Shown piece after piece: positions 17,130-25,604 of a stretch of DNA of 33,689 bases (positions are counted from its first letter, which is position 1; every line of letters starts with the position of its first letter). The notes under the pieces were generated by a model. It was not told the DNA's origin, made no database searches, and saw only the letters and a list, made by a program, of their open reading frames with translations. Origin of the DNA: a virus (Duplodnaviria; Caudoviricetes). Made by a program: the position numbers and the translations under genes. Location: IMG/VR virus record IMGVR_UViG_3300035187_003302, positions 1 to 33,689 of that record; one strand, 5' to 3'.

Positions 17130-17996
17130 ATGGCCGGCGCCCTCTGGTTCTACCCCGACCCCGCCTCCCCGGTGCGCAAGCTCTCCGCTTTCGTCGCGCC
17201 CAATGACTTGCAGGTGGATACGGTCTATGCGCGCTCTTCGGCCGTGTCCTTGGACGGCGGCGTAAAGACCGCCATCCATGCCGGGTATGAGCGTGTCCGG
17301 ATTGTAGTGGAGCGCCGTTCGGAGCGGGCGGCTGGCTCGACTTGGCGGGATGAAGCCGAGTCGCTTCTATGGCACCTCGAAAGCGGCGGCGCGGTCACCT
17401 TCGCGCTGGACGAGGCCGCCGCCTATGCCTACCCGGTGACGGGGACGGCGCCGTACAGCACCGGCCTAAGCCTGTTCGGGACGAACATCCTGTCCGGGCT
17501 CGCCCCGTCGGCCGCGCCCGCGGCGGATGACCGGGTGGTTCTGTCGAGCGCCCTCCCCGAATTCCGGCGGGAGGGCGGGACGGTCGCTTCGTTTAGCGCG
17601 CCGACCTTGACGCTTGACAACAAGGTGGCCTATGACCACCGGCTTAGGTCGCCCATCGTCCGGCATTGGGGATGCTTTCCCGCGCTCCGGCTCGCCCCCG
17701 AAGCGGCGCGGCCCCTATTCCAGTCCGAGCGCGGCTTCGTGTTCACCCTGGCCCTGGACCTTGTGCAGAGTCCGGCCGACTTGACGGCCTTGCATGACGC
17801 CTTTCAGGTGGGCGGCATTGTGCTCGCTGGGGTCGGCGTCACCCCGTCCGCCACGTCGGTAACCCTCGGGGACGTGTTCCGTCGGTTCCGCCCCGAAGGC
17901 GTGGGCGTCGCGCCCGGCGCGCTGGACGCCATCCAACGCAGCGCCTTCAACGCGCCGGCACAAGCCGGGGGACGAATCCCGCGGATGCGCCCGTGA
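17130..17996 (+). CDS. Putative distal tail protein
   Basis: Directly after tape measure; TAGGCT -10 (uses the TMP stop) shortly before ATG. Confidence 0.55.
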   Translation: MAGALWFYPDPASPVRKLSAFVAPNDLQVDTVYARSSAVSLDGGVKTAIHAGYERVRIVVERRSERAAGSTWRDEAESLLWHLESGGAVTFALDEAAAYAYPVTGTAPYSTGLSLFGTNILSGLAPSAAPAADDRVVLSSALPEFRREGGTVASFSAPTLTLDNKVAYDHRLRSPIVRHWGCFPALRLAPEAARPLFQSERGFVFTLALDLVQSPADLTALHDAFQVGGIVLAGVGVTPSATSVTLGDVFRRFRPEGVGVAPGALDAIQRSAFNAPAQAGGRIPRMRP

Positions 17997-19624
17997 GTTG
18001 GAGCCCGGCCTTCGTCGCCGCCATCGAAGCGGGCGAGTCCATCCGCATCCGGCTTTCGTGGGCCGGCGCGACCGTCGCCACCTCGGACGGCTCCGGCGGG
18101 TGGGCCATGACGCGGATGCCGGTGGTGTCCGGGTGGGGATTGCAGCTTCGGACGTGGCAATGCTCGCTGCCGGTGATGTCCTTCGAGATTGCCGCCACGC
18201 CCGCCGAATACCAAGCCATCACGGGCCAAGTAGTGCTCGGCTCTGTCGTCTCCGTGTTCGCGGAATTCTCCGGCGGCACGGAACGCATTTGGCGCGGGCG
18301 CATCCTCGACTATTCGATGGGCGGCCTTGGCGACCAAACCAGGGTCCGAATCGACGTTTCGGATTTGGTCGCCTACACCCTCGACCGCATCCCCACCGGG
18401 AGCACCTACCCGGCGCCGCTCTTCGACGGCGTGGGCCGGAAGGCGCCGCAGCGGGTCCGACTTGGAATGGTCCCGTTTGACGACTTCACGCTAACGACGG
18501 TCAAGGCCGAATATACAACGCTCGCATCCGGCTTCACCCCTGGCGTTTCGACTGAGCTTGACGTGGGGAGCACCACGTCTTTCACACTCGGCTATGACTT
18601 CGCGAATTCGACGCCGATTGCGGCGGCGGTGCTGGCGAAGGCCAATGGGACGGAGGGCTTCGTCTATTTCGCGGCGAAGACCAGCACCAAACTGCAAACC
18701 CTGACCTATCCGCAGATGCCGGGCGGGACGCCGGCCAATCCGCCGTTCGCCACGTCCTACGCCATCGCTTCCGAGGTCTACCCCGTCGCCGTGGTTGCCG
18801 GGCATCCCTTCACGGTCATCCAGTCCGTCTGGACTTCGACCGGCGTATCCCTGGCGAACGGGCCCTATGACCGCCTCCCGGCCGCGTGGGCGCAAGGCAT
18901 CCCCTACGGGGAGATTGACGCCACCGATGCGAACCGATGGTCGGCGCTTGTCTACACCTCTTCGGTTGGCTCGGACCCGTGGACCGCGATTCAGACCCGC
19001 GTGGAATGGGAGTCCGGCGCGGACCTTTACACATGGGCCGCGCCCCTCGGAATCTGGCCCGTCACGCGCCAAGGCCAATTGACCTTGCGGGCGGCCATCG
19101 TTCCGGCTTCCGCTGGCGCGACCGTCATAGCCGGCGTTGTCAACGACTCCAACATCGTCGCGCTCGGGAGGCACAAAATCCGGGCCGCCGGTTGCGACGC
19201 CGAATATCGGGCGCTGCCTTTCTCGCACGCCACGTACCACGCCGTCGGCGCCGCCGGGAATCCGACGGAAGTGTACGTCTTAGGCCGGTCCAACCTCCGG
19301 CCGGTCACGCGCCCCGCGCAGTATTCGCCCGCGCCGCTGGACCTAAACCAGCACGTCATTGGCGAAACCGCGCCCATCGCGCAAGACCTTGACCGCCGCG
19401 TGGCGCCGTGGGCGTGCCGCGTGGCCTTCGAGGTCGAAGGCGTGGAGCTTTGGGGCGCCGCCGTCGGTTGGGTGCCGGGCGATATCGTGCGCGTCACGTC
19501 GGCCGCCATCCCCATCGGGGGCGGCGCGACCGCGCAGGATACCCCGGCGGTCTGGATTCCCGAAGAGGTCGATTGGGGAAGCCGGACGGCGCGGGGTCGG
19601 TTGGTCTTCCTACCCGCGCAATGA
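17993..19624 (+). CDS. Putative tail tip / baseplate hub protein
   Basis: IWRGRI, RIDVSD, GWVPGDIVRV motifs; 543 aa; last plus-strand tail gene. Confidence 0.6.
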   Translation: MSWSPAFVAAIEAGESIRIRLSWAGATVATSDGSGGWAMTRMPVVSGWGLQLRTWQCSLPVMSFEIAATPAEYQAITGQVVLGSVVSVFAEFSGGTERIWRGRILDYSMGGLGDQTRVRIDVSDLVAYTLDRIPTGSTYPAPLFDGVGRKAPQRVRLGMVPFDDFTLTTVKAEYTTLASGFTPGVSTELDVGSTTSFTLGYDFANSTPIAAAVLAKANGTEGFVYFAAKTSTKLQTLTYPQMPGGTPANPPFATSYAIASEVYPVAVVAGHPFTVIQSVWTSTGVSLANGPYDRLPAAWAQGIPYGEIDATDANRWSALVYTSSVGSDPWTAIQTRVEWESGADLYTWAAPLGIWPVTRQGQLTLRAAIVPASAGATVIAGVVNDSNIVALGRHKIRAAGCDAEYRALPFSHATYHAVGAAGNPTEVYVLGRSNLRPVTRPAQYSPAPLDLNQHVIGETAPIAQDLDRRVAPWACRVAFEVEGVELWGAAVGWVPGDIVRVTSAAIPIGGGATAQDTPAVWIPEEVDWGSRTARGRLVFLPAQ

Positions 19625-19680
19625 CCGCTATCCCGCGCAATGACCGGCTATCCCGCGCAATCGCAATGACCGGCTATCCC
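19613..19680. repeat. About three tandem copies of a 19-20 bp unit at a convergent gene junction
   Basis: CCCGCGCAATGACC(G)GCTAT at 19613-19631 and 19632-19651, then an interrupted copy at 19652-19677. Confidence 0.9.
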
Positions 19681-20027
19681 GGCTTGATTCCGGTGAACGC
19701 TTCGAGTTCCGCGACGGAAACCAGACAGCGGACCACGGCTTCCGCGTATCCGGCCAGACCCGGGAGGTCGGCGGCGGTGCAGTAGGCTACGAGGTCCACG
19801 GCCTCTTGCAGCGCGTCCACGGCATGATTTCGCCCGTTCGAGCGTTGGAGCGGCACGCCGTACCGCGCGATTCCCTGCGCCCGACGTTCCACGTACAACG
19901 CGCGCAACCGCGGGTCCGAGGTCCGCGCGATGATTTCGGCCCAAACGTCGCCATCGGCGGGCACGGGGTCGGGCTCGGGCGCAAGCCGGGCGGCAAGGGC
20001 CGCAAGCTGTTCCCGGTCGGTGCTCAT
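19674..20027 (-). CDS. MazG-like all-alpha nucleotide pyrophosphohydrolase
   Basis: ERRAQGIARYGVPL...NGR...DALQEAVDLVAY, an ExxD helix typical of phage MazG-like proteins. Confidence 0.55.
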   Translation of the reverse strand: MSTDREQLAALAARLAPEPDPVPADGDVWAEIIARTSDPRLRALYVERRAQGIARYGVPLQRSNGRNHAVDALQEAVDLVAYCTAADLPGLAGYAEAVVRCLVSVAELEAFTGIKPG

Positions 20028-20191
20028 CCGAACCTCCGCATCCATTCGAAGAGGGCCGCTTCCGCCGCCTCCCGGGTGGGCGCCGTGGCGTGAACCTCGT
20101 AGGGCACGGGGTCACCATAGGCGAAATATCGGGCCGACCATTTCCACCGACCGCGGTATTCGGTGATGGACTGCCAGAGGCGCGGGGTCAT
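20024..20191 (-). CDS. Hypothetical protein (55 aa)
   Basis: ATG 20191; 4-bp overlaps at both ends. Confidence 0.6.
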   Translation of the reverse strand: MTPRLWQSITEYRGRWKWSARYFAYGDPVPYEVHATAPTREAAEAALFEWMRRFG

Positions 20192-20538
20192 GGGGCGGCC
20201 TCGATTTCGGCCAGCGCGGCGCGGATGGCGGCGAACACCTCCGCGCGGGCGGTGGCGCGGACGTGCGCGACGAAGGCGGCCACGGCGTCGGGAAGGGCCG
20301 CCGGGGCGGAAGCCGGGGTCGGGAAGAGCGGCGCGGGCTCCGCTTCGGTGGTGGCCACGTCGCGCAGCGGGGCGCCGGCCAGACGGAGGGCGTTCGCCAC
20401 GGCGCGCGCCGAACGGGGCGGGCGCCCGCGGGCGGTCATTTCGGCGGCGACTTTGGCCCACGGAAGCGACGTGTCCGCGGCGATTTCGAGGCCGACGCGG
20501 TAATCGGCGGAATCCCAATACTTGCGAGCGTAGGTCAT
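20188..20538 (-). CDS. Myb/SANT-like HTH protein, paralogue 1
   Basis: WDSADYRVGLEIAADTSLPWAKVAAEMTARG..R; AACAGGAG SD. Confidence 0.55.
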   Translation of the reverse strand: MTYARKYWDSADYRVGLEIAADTSLPWAKVAAEMTARGRPPRSARAVANALRLAGAPLRDVATTEAEPAPLFPTPASAPAALPDAVAAFVAHVRATARAEVFAAIRAALAEIEAAP

Positions 20539-20568
20539 CTGGCTTCTCCTGTTCTGGTTTGGCCGGGG

Positions 20569-21096
20569 TCAGACCGGCATTTCACGGGCGTACAAGGCGA
20601 TGCAGGCGGCATCAATGAGGCCGTCATGGTCGCCGACGAAATCCGCGACGCGCGGATGGCGGGAGCGAAGCCACGAAAGCCGAAGGGCGGTCAACGTGGT
20701 CTTGCGCGCGCCGGGCTCGCCATGCAAGCCAAGGTGGCGCGTCCACGCGGCGGGGTCAATGACTTCGTAGCGGTCGGCATCAAGGCCGAAAGCGAGGGCG
20801 GCGGCAATGCCGGCGTTCGCGCCCTGCGCAATCTGAGCTTGCCCCGGGCGGCCGGCGGCGGCCTCGACCGCGACGATAAGCGGCTCCGGGCTTGCGTTGA
20901 CGGCGGTGCGCGCCGCCCGGAAAACGTCGGCCAGCGCGCGCACCATTTCGGCTTGGCGCTCATGGGCGCGGGCACGGGGACGCGGGCGGTAGTGGTCCGA
21001 GAATCGGGCCGCATAAACCGGGAGGGCGAAGGGCCCATCCCAACGGAGCGCGACGGCGGCGCCGTCAACGCCGGGGTCAACGCCGACGGTTAGCAT
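20569..21096 (-). CDS. RuvC-like Holliday junction resolvase
   Basis: VGVDPGVDGAAV, VAVE, IDPAAW, HDGLIDAACIA motifs. Confidence 0.85.
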   Translation of the reverse strand: MLTVGVDPGVDGAAVALRWDGPFALPVYAARFSDHYRPRPRARAHERQAEMVRALADVFRAARTAVNASPEPLIVAVEAAAGRPGQAQIAQGANAGIAAALAFGLDADRYEVIDPAAWTRHLGLHGEPGARKTTLTALRLSWLRSRHPRVADFVGDHDGLIDAACIALYAREMPV

Positions 21097-21391
21097 GGGT
21101 TTCCTCGGGATGAAAATCGCGGGTGTACCGGCGCCCCTCTTCGATGGCTTCGGCGGCCTTTCCGAGATGCCGATGAACGTCGGCAAGGTCGGCGCCGGTG
21201 GATTCGGCGACAAGCGCAGACAGGGATGCGAAGCCGACTTCCGCGCGTTGGAATGCCGCCCTGGCTTGCCCCAAGTGTTCCGCCGCGTCGCCACGATGGC
21301 CCGCCACCATCGCGGAACGGGCCCGCCAACGGGACCAGCGGGCGAAGGCGAGGTCGAAAAGTAGAAGCTCGTAGATGCTGCGAACTTCCAT
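21077..21391 (-). CDS. Hypothetical helical protein
   Basis: ORF 21077..21427 in track; ATG 21391 chosen; start uncertain. Confidence 0.5.
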   Translation of the reverse strand: MEVRSIYELLLFDLAFARWSRWRARSAMVAGHRGDAAEHLGQARAAFQRAEVGFASLSALVAESTGADLADVHRHLGKAAEAIEEGRRYTRDFHPEETHANRRR

Positions 21392-21402
21392 CCGGCCCGG
21401 CG

Positions 21403-21627
21403 TCACAGCGTCACCCGCGTAAGCCACGCGGCCAAGCGTTCGGGCGGCATGTCATAGGCCGTCACGTTATCGACCGCGCGCGCCGGATACGCGCTCCATG
21501 CGCCGCCGCGCTCTTCTTCCAGATACCAGCGCACCGCCCCGCAAATCGAAAGCGCGACGATGCGCTTTTCCGCGGTCCCAACGTCCCGCCAAGTCCACGG
21601 CGGGAGCACCAACGAATCGAAGTCCAT
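21403..21627 (-). CDS. Hypothetical protein (74 aa)
   Basis: ATG 21627 downstream of the promoter at 21672-21644. Confidence 0.6.
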   Translation of the reverse strand: MDFDSLVLPPWTWRDVGTAEKRIVALSICGAVRWYLEEERGGAWSAYPARAVDNVTAYDMPPERLAAWLTRVTL

Positions 21628-21643
21628 ACTGCACCCTGAATGA

Positions 21644-21672
21644 ATGGTAGCACGGCGCCCGCCATAAGGCAA
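21644..21672 (-). promoter_or_regulatory. Sigma70-type promoter
   Basis: TTGCCT-17-TACCAT with extended TG, intergenic. Confidence 0.65.
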
Positions 21673-21682
21673 GCGCCGCGGG

Positions 21683-22012
21683 TTATTCGCCGCGGATGGG
21701 CCGAACATGCACTCGGATTCCGCCCGCGATGGCCGACACCGTGACGCGCGACGGTGCAGAGATGTCGAAGGACAACGTGCCGATGGGCTCCGCGCGCTTG
21801 GACGGCGCATCCTCCGGCGCCCGCTTACGGCGCACATCAGCACGAACCGGCGCCCCGGCGCGCACAAGCGTTTTGCGGACGGCTTGCGGCCCGCGCAGGG
21901 CGTAGCCCTCGGAGGCCATGACCGCGCCGACCTTGCGCCACGAAAGGGCGGTGTCGGCGGCGATTTCGAGCCCACGGCGAAGCTCTGCGGCGGTCCAGGC
22001 GGCCCACGTCAC
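21683..22012 (-). CDS. Myb/SANT-like HTH protein, paralogue 2
   Basis: WTAAELRRGLEIAADTALSWRKVGAVMASEG..R; clear similarity to 20188-20538. Confidence 0.6.
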   Translation of the reverse strand: MTWAAWTAAELRRGLEIAADTALSWRKVGAVMASEGYALRGPQAVRKTLVRAGAPVRADVRRKRAPEDAPSKRAEPIGTLSFDISAPSRVTVSAIAGGIRVHVRPIRGE

Positions 22013-22338
22013 GGGTCACCCCCGGGGCGATGCACGCCCGCCTCAATGGCGTCGGCCAGGGCGGAAACCGCGATGGCATTGGCGAGGTTCTGCCCCACCA
22101 ATCGCCCCGCCTCCCGACGGAGGAAGAGCACAACGGCCACCCGTTCGCCGACCCGCGCCGCCCGGTGCTCCCGCCGCGCATCGGCCGCGTTGGCTTCTGC
22201 GCGTTCGAGAGCCGCTTCGAGGTTGGCGACGCGCAGCCGCAGCCCGTGCGCCGACTTGGCGGCCGGTGTGACCGCCGCGTAGGGCACGGCCCCGGCCGGG
22301 TCGATCGGCACCTCGTCATTGGCCGTCCACGCCTTCAC
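22009..22338 (-). CDS. Hypothetical coiled-coil protein
   Basis: GGAGG SD, GTG 22338, 4-bp overlaps. Confidence 0.6.
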   Translation of the reverse strand: MKAWTANDEVPIDPAGAVPYAAVTPAAKSAHGLRLRVANLEAALERAEANAADARREHRAARVGERVAVVLFLRREAGRLVGQNLANAIAVSALADAIEAGVHRPGGDP

Positions 22339-22970
22339 GGCGTCACCTCCAAGGCGGCCAAGAGGTCGGCACGCTGGCGGCGGCGCTCGTCGGCCGGGTC
22401 GGCGCCAAGGACGGCGGCGGCGATGGCGGAGGCCAAGCCGGCGACGAGGTGGCGTTGGGAGGCCATGTAGGCGTCTGACGGGCGCTCGCCCCGGGCCGCG
22501 ACGGTCATCCACCAATCACGCGCCGCGCAGGCGTCGGCGAAGGTTTCGGCGGGGGGCCTCGGAAACTCCGGCCGCTCTTCGTCTTCGTCCGGCGGGACAT
22601 AGCGGGCCATGATGGCCTCCGCGGTGGCGACGGCGACGGCCAAGGCGCGCTCCGGGGGATGCGCCGCGCCAAGGGTACGGATGGCGCCCTCGACAGACAG
22701 CGAAGGCCAGAGGGCGGCCACGTCGAGTTCGTCTTCGGCGGCGCCGGCCGGGAGCGCGTCCCGGTCGGCCGGGAAGAATCCAAGCGCGGCACGAAGCTCC
22801 GCGCGCGTGGCGGTGAGGCGCGGCGCCTCTTCGGTTTCGGCTTCCGCGTCCGTCTCCGGCGCGCAATCCTGGCACGCGCCGCAGGGGCCATACTCGGTGG
22901 GGCGGCGGCAGAAGCGCGGGCGGGCGGGCCCGTCTTCGAGTTCGGGGGAGTAGTCGGGATGGTAGCGCAT
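22335..22970 (-). CDS. Hypothetical protein with N-terminal Cys cluster
   Basis: ATG 22970; C-x8-CxxCxxC; helical C-terminus ending ERRRQRADLLAALE. Confidence 0.6.
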   Translation of the reverse strand: MRYHPDYSPELEDGPARPRFCRRPTEYGPCGACQDCAPETDAEAETEEAPRLTATRAELRAALGFFPADRDALPAGAAEDELDVAALWPSLSVEGAIRTLGAAHPPERALAVAVATAEAIMARYVPPDEDEERPEFPRPPAETFADACAARDWWMTVAARGERPSDAYMASQRHLVAGLASAIAAAVLGADPADERRRQRADLLAALEVTP

Positions 22971-22975
22971 GGCGG

Positions 22976-23134
22976 TTAGTCCGGGAGGAAGGCGCCAAGA
23001 CCCCACGCGCCGACGATGGCGAGCGGAATCCAGGCAACGTGGTACGGGGCGGGCGCGATGGTGGCGCCGATGGCGGCGGCGAAGGCCAGGATGCCGAGGG
23101 CGGCGCGGGCGGGCGGGTAGGGAAGCGGCGTCAT
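22976..23134 (-). CDS. Small two-TM membrane protein (52 aa)
   Basis: Two hydrophobic segments; ATG overlaps upstream stop. Confidence 0.6.
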   Translation of the reverse strand: MTPLPYPPARAALGILAFAAAIGATIAPAPYHVAWIPLAIVGAWGLGAFLPD

Positions 23135-23358
23135 GCGTCGCGCCCTTCGCAGTCGCCGATGCCGGGGGCGTCGGTGTCGTGATCCTCGCAGGCCGACACG
23201 ATGGAGACGCCGAGGGCGGCGGCGGCGGTGTAAACGTCGGCGATGCTGGCGCCGGCGGCGCAAGCCACCTTGGCCGCGTCGTAGTCGGTGAGCTTGCCGC
23301 CGCGGGAGTACGTGGAGACGTAGCAGGAAAGAAGGTAGGTCGAACGGGTGAGTTCCAT
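23131..23358 (-). CDS. Small early hypothetical protein (75 aa)
   Basis: AACAGGAGCAAGCCATG start box, identical to that at 33092-33108. Confidence 0.7.
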   Translation of the reverse strand: MELTRSTYLLSCYVSTYSRGGKLTDYDAAKVACAAGASIADVYTAAAALGVSIVSACEDHDTDAPGIGDCEGRDA

Positions 23359-23444
23359 GGCTTGCTCCTGTTTGGTGGGCGTCGCGCCCCGTGATAGACC
23401 GGCGACCGGGCCATCACGGGGCGCCCCGTCCGGGGCGCGTGGCG

Positions 23445-23717
23445 TCAGGCGTTGAGGGTGGCGGCCATCGCCAACGCAGCGCGGTAGGCGCGGGCATAAG
23501 CCGTGCGGCCGGTGGTTTCCGCGTAGCGCCCGGCGTGGCAGCGTTCCCAGGTGGCGACGATGCGAGCAACGCCGCGGGCGCGGTCGCCGATGAACGCCGG
23601 GCGGCCGTCGAAGTCAGGCGAAAGTTCGACCACGGCCACGCGGCGGTAGCGGCCCCAGCAGGAGTTCGGCATCTTGGCGGCGGCGGTCATAACAACGTAG
23701 CGGTGAGAGGCGGTCAT
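23445..23717 (-). CDS. Small early hypothetical protein (90 aa)
   Basis: First gene after the promoter at 23794-23766; GGAG SD; ATG 23717. Confidence 0.7.
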   Translation of the reverse strand: MTASHRYVVMTAAAKMPNSCWGRYRRVAVVELSPDFDGRPAFIGDRARGVARIVATWERCHAGRYAETTGRTAYARAYRAALAMAATLNA

Positions 23718-23731
23718 GGGAGACTCCGGGG

Positions 23732-23816
23732 GAATGTCGCGGGCCCACCGCCCGCCGACATTCACACAGTATGGCGGCCCCCGTCCAGCGTCAAGCGGTT
23801 GACAATCTCCTGACAA
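23732..23816 (-). promoter_or_regulatory. Second early promoter with TGTCA repeats and 5' leader hairpin
   Basis: TTGTCA-N6-TGTCAACCGC-TTGACG-17-TACTGT, then GAATGTC-G-GCGGGC...GCCCGC-GACATTC stem. Confidence 0.8.
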
Positions 23817-25604
23817 CTAACCAGCCACGTCTTCGAGCACGGCCCGCGGGAAAACGTAGCATCGAGCCTGCAATCCCGCGATGCGCACGTTCCGCGTGGC
23901 GCGCCCTTGCGCGTCAGGCAGAAGCCAACCGCGCGCAAGCCATTCGCCGATGACGGCGCCACGGTCGGCGCTCGCCTCCGTTAGCCAGCGGTCCAGCACA
24001 TCCGGGCGCACGGCCACCTGCGCCCACGCCTCCGTGGCATCCCACGCGCCGGCCCACCCGTCCGGCGGCGGGTCCGCGGCGGCCGAATGCCAGAAGCGAT
24101 GGCGGGCGGCAACAGCGCGGGTCCAGACCGCCGCCAAGGTGGCGCGCGGCTTGTCGGCGTCCTGGCCGCTGCGCCGGGCGCCTTCGAGCGCGACAAGGAC
24201 CGCCGCGTATTCGCCGCCATCGGCAACGGGCACGGGGAAGCCGGCGTCCGTCATGGCCTCCGCAGCCAGCCGAAGAGACGCCACAGCCGCGCCCAAGCGC
24301 CCGGCGACGGCTCCCGCGTCCGCGGCAAGCTGCCCCGCGTAGTGGTCCCGGAGGTCGGCCCACCGCGCGCGCACGGCGTCCGCCCCGCGGGCGAGCGCCC
24401 ACCGGATGACCGCCGGCCCGGCGTGGCCGTAGTGGGGCGCGCGACACTCCGGCCCGATGATGCGCGCGATGGCGGCGGCGCGGGCGGCGCCGTCGGCCCC
24501 CAAGGGCTCGCCCCGGACTACGATGGTACGGGCGCGGGCGCCGTCGTCTTTCGGCGCGTAGCTGGTGATTTCGGCCTCCCCCGTCGAAAGCATCCACGAA
24601 CACCACGATGCCGAGCGTTGGACGCCGGTCACGGTCCCCCGGCCTTTGCCGATGCCGCTGGCGTGGACGTAGAGGGTGCTCCCGATGGTTGCTTCCCGCT
24701 CCCGTTCGGGGACTTTCTTGCTATCGTCCAGCATGACGGGAAGATGTTTGAGGGCGGCGGCGGCGCGCTCTTTGTATGTCGCGGTGCCGGTCCAGGGCAT
24801 GATGTAGCCCTGTTCACCGGGGCGCCCCCAAACCGACGCAGCGACGTTTAGCGCCGTCGTCTTTCCGCGCGAAGTGTAGCCGCAGATGTCGAGAATCCAT
24901 CCCACCTGCGAATAGACGGAGACGAGAGGGGACGCGGCGGAAGCCAGGATGGCAAGCCAAACGATGGGGAGGTCGGCCAGCACCGGCCCAAGCTGCCGCC
25001 ACCCGTCCGGGGTGCCGGCGCTCCCAACGGCGTGGACGGGCGCGGGGAGGTCGGGGGCGTAAAGCTCGACCGCTTCGCCCCCGGCTTCCCCGATGCATTC
25101 GCTCCCGAAAATGAAGCCCGCGAAATCAGGGCCGGTCCACCCGCAGCGGCGCGCGACCCGGCCAAGAGGCACTTCGTCAGACTCGGCATAGGCGCCGATG
25201 TATTCGACAACCCCGCGCGCGTTGACTGACGAGACGGGCAATCCGTCATCGGCCAGCGCCACAAGCTTGCGGCTGTCAAGGAACGCCGACCGGGGGCGCG
25301 TGATGCTGCGCCACCCGCGGCCATCGTGCCAGCACACTTCGAGCATCGCGGCGCCATCGTCAATGTCCACGATGCGCCGTTGGACGTGGACCGCGCGCGG
25401 GCAGACCATGAGGAAACGGGAGCCGTTCTCGTCTCTCGTCTCTTTCCAGACGCCCGATTCATCCACCGCCCACCCGCCGGGCGGCGGCGCGACGTGGCCG
25501 GGCGGGGCGAAGGTCGGCGGCGCCTCGCCCGCGGGCACAAGCCGGGGCCGGGTGACGGGCGCGGGCTCGTCTTCCACGAAGAAATCATCGATGCTGCTGC
25601 TCAT
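23817..25604 (-). CDS. DUF927-type replicative helicase / ATPase
   Basis: N-terminal W.VDESGVW...V.RRIVDID DUF927-like region; Walker A GYTSRGKTT, Walker B VMLDD, LSTGE, GARAR, HYGHAG; AACAGGAG SD. Confidence 0.85.
   Translation of the reverse strand: MSSSIDDFFVEDEPAPVTRPRLVPAGEAPPTFAPPGHVAPPPGGWAVDESGVWKETRDENGSRFLMVCPRAVHVQRRIVDIDDGAAMLEVCWHDGRGWRSITRPRSAFLDSRKLVALADDGLPVSSVNARGVVEYIGAYAESDEVPLGRVARRCGWTGPDFAGFIFGSECIGEAGGEAVELYAPDLPAPVHAVGSAGTPDGWRQLGPVLADLPIVWLAILASAASPLVSVYSQVGWILDICGYTSRGKTTALNVAASVWGRPGEQGYIMPWTGTATYKERAAAALKHLPVMLDDSKKVPEREREATIGSTLYVHASGIGKGRGTVTGVQRSASWCSWMLSTGEAEITSYAPKDDGARARTIVVRGEPLGADGAARAAAIARIIGPECRAPHYGHAGPAVIRWALARGADAVRARWADLRDHYAGQLAADAGAVAGRLGAAVASLRLAAEAMTDAGFPVPVADGGEYAAVLVALEGARRSGQDADKPRATLAAVWTRAVAARHRFWHSAAADPPPDGWAGAWDATEAWAQVAVRPDVLDRWLTEASADRGAVIGEWLARGWLLPDAQGRATRNVRIAGLQARCYVFPRAVLEDVAG

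Noticed and set aside
19613-19680. Possible mini-CRISPR array
   Set aside because: Units abut with no spacers and are only about 20 bp
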